From: Octopus vulgaris
Taxonomy: Eukaryota
NCBI GenBank assembly: GCA_951406725.2
Contig: OX597827.1
Span: 22,072,001 to 22,136,000, forward strand
DNA: 64,000 bases
Reading direction: 5' to 3'
How positions within the stretch are numbered: position 1 is the first letter of the stretch; every line of letters begins with the position of its first letter. This document shows positions 62,273 to 64,000 of this stretch, one piece after another. A program made the position numbers and the translations under genes. Below the pieces are notes generated by a model that saw only the letters and a list, made by a program, of their open reading frames with translations, did not search any database and was not told the DNA's origin.

Positions 62273-62595
62273 CCCTTTTGATACCAACCCGGCTGAAACC
62301 AGTTCTGGCTCTGTAGTACAAATGTTTTGTTTTCAAAAATTCTGAATTAAAATCTTCCACCAAACCTTAGTCACAATTTATGTTCCTAATACTAAATTAA
62401 TGATAACTAAGTTATTTTACTAATTTCTTTGTTATATTTAAAATAATTGAAAGAAACACAGAGCATGTCAAAATAAATACAGTAATGAAAGGTAATACAG
62501 TTCTATATTTAAGAGACGAGGAATTATTTACATTATTTACATTTGATGGACAGATATCCATCAAATGTAAATAATGTAAATAAGTAACGAAAGGG
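62273..62595. mobile_element. TTAA-flanked MITE family A with a nested insertion in its right end
   Basis: same internal sequence as 20987-21203; right TIR partly duplicated around the insert at ~62497-62583. Confidence 0.8.
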
Positions 62596-63729
62596 TTAAA
62601 CACAAACAGCACAATGGCTGGACATGATTTCATGGGGGATTACTACTTGTGTGAGGTTGATATTTAGAACAAGCAACATGAAGACAAGGAGATACAAAAA
62701 CAAGTGAGGGCACAGTGGCTGAATGGTTAATAAGTTTGTTTAGTTACCATAAAGTCTTAAGTTCAATTACACTCTGTGGCATCTTGGACTATAGAGCACT
62801 TTTAGCATCAGGTCAACACATACTTTTGGACAGATGGAAACTGTTTGGTGATGAACCATCTTTGATATCTCAGCAGTCCTGTCGAGCACCCTAGATATGT
62901 CATCAGTAGTCTGTGGAGTACTCCAAGCATATCAGCAGTACTCTATATATGAACCTAGGGTACTTCCATGTATCTGGGGTGCATCTGTAGAGAGATTGAG
63001 CTGCAAGTTTGACTGTCATAGATATGAGGTCTTTTGCTTGTCTCATTATCCTGTGGGACCCATTAGAATGACCATCGGTCAGTGGTCAGTGTTGGTCCCC
63101 TCACCACAACGCATTGGGTAGACTTCTTCTAATTCAAAAGGTACAAGGTTCACCATATGCACCGTTTCGTGTTGATTCTGCCTGACAGTCACATTAAGAG
63201 TGCACTTGTGTCTGTGGAACATTCAACCACTTGCACATTAAATCAAGGGCAAGTAACTCACTTGACCGAACGGTCAAATCTGCATAATTGAAACTGATGG
63301 AGATATATAAAGTTCACAAAAGAAACATGGATAAGTTTGAAGCTCCCTAAAAGCCGGTTAACGTTTTCGGTCATGTCCCTTATTACGATTTAAATATACT
63401 CATCAGAACCCTAACCATCGTTTCTATACAGTGTGTATGTATGTCTATCAATGTGTGGGGATGTGTATGTGCATGTGTGTGCGTGAGTGTGTGAGTCAAT
63501 ACAAATGTATATTCTTGTGTGTGTGTGTGTGTGTGCAAGCTTTCAAACCATCTGATCTTGGGTTCAGTCTCACTGCATGGCACCTTGGGTAAGTATCTTC
63601 TATAGCACTGGGCTGGCCAATGCTTTGTGAGTGGATTTGGTAGATGGAAACTGAAAGAAGCCTGTTGTGTGTGTGTGTATGTGTGTATACTGTATATATA
63701 TATGTGTGTGTGTGTGTGTTTGGAGCACA

Positions 63730-64000
63730 CCAGAAATAGTTTTGCTTAAATGCTTGGATGGTTCATTAGAAGTAATTAATAGCTTTTGTTATTTAAGAGA
63801 TGTAATTAGCAAAGGAGGTGGCAGCTCTGACAGTATAGTAGTCAGAGTAAGAACTGGCTGGAGAAGGTCCAGGGAGCTACTACTACTGTTGGCAACAAGG
63901 TCTTTTCCCACAGAGTGATGGGCAGATTGTATGATGCTTGTGTTAGAACTGCAATGCTGCATGGCAGTGAAACATGAGGATTGGAACGCAGAGGACATGT
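63730..64000 (+). mobile_element. RTE LINE ORF2 fragment running off the window edge
   Basis: SLEVINSFCYLRDVISKGGG...RVRTGW...; GRLYDACVRTAMLHGSET. Confidence 0.85.

Overview
Eukaryotic, AT-rich, microsatellite- and transposon-dense DNA. The SINE, RTE and CR1 families look like those of an octopod cephalopod (Octopus sp.; inferred from repeat content). One gene is well supported: LMAN1/ERGIC-53 on the + strand. I reconstructed 14 coding exons by hand (6908-31068). All introns are GT-AG, the phases chain into one open frame, and the 1364 coding nt end in ...EAQAKKFY*. The signal-peptide exon was not found and presumably lies upstream of the window. The rest is intronic or intergenic repeat DNA: tRNA-derived SINEs (several with TSDs), RTE/CR1/Tx1/R4-like LINE remnants, hAT and TTAA-flanked MITEs, a complete non-autonomous Helitron, a deleted mariner and Penelope-like relics. 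A second + strand gene may begin near 55-57 kb. I cannot support a new protein-coding system. The most interesting signals are structured RNAs in retroelements: a candidate HDV-like ribozyme at the identical 5' end of two RTE-related copies, tandem compact H-type pseudoknots in an RTE 3' UTR, hammerhead-like relics, and head-to-tail SINE multimers with one fixed junction. LMAN1 introns also carry long dsRNA-forming repeats around exons. Repeat boundaries without TSDs or TIRs are approximate.
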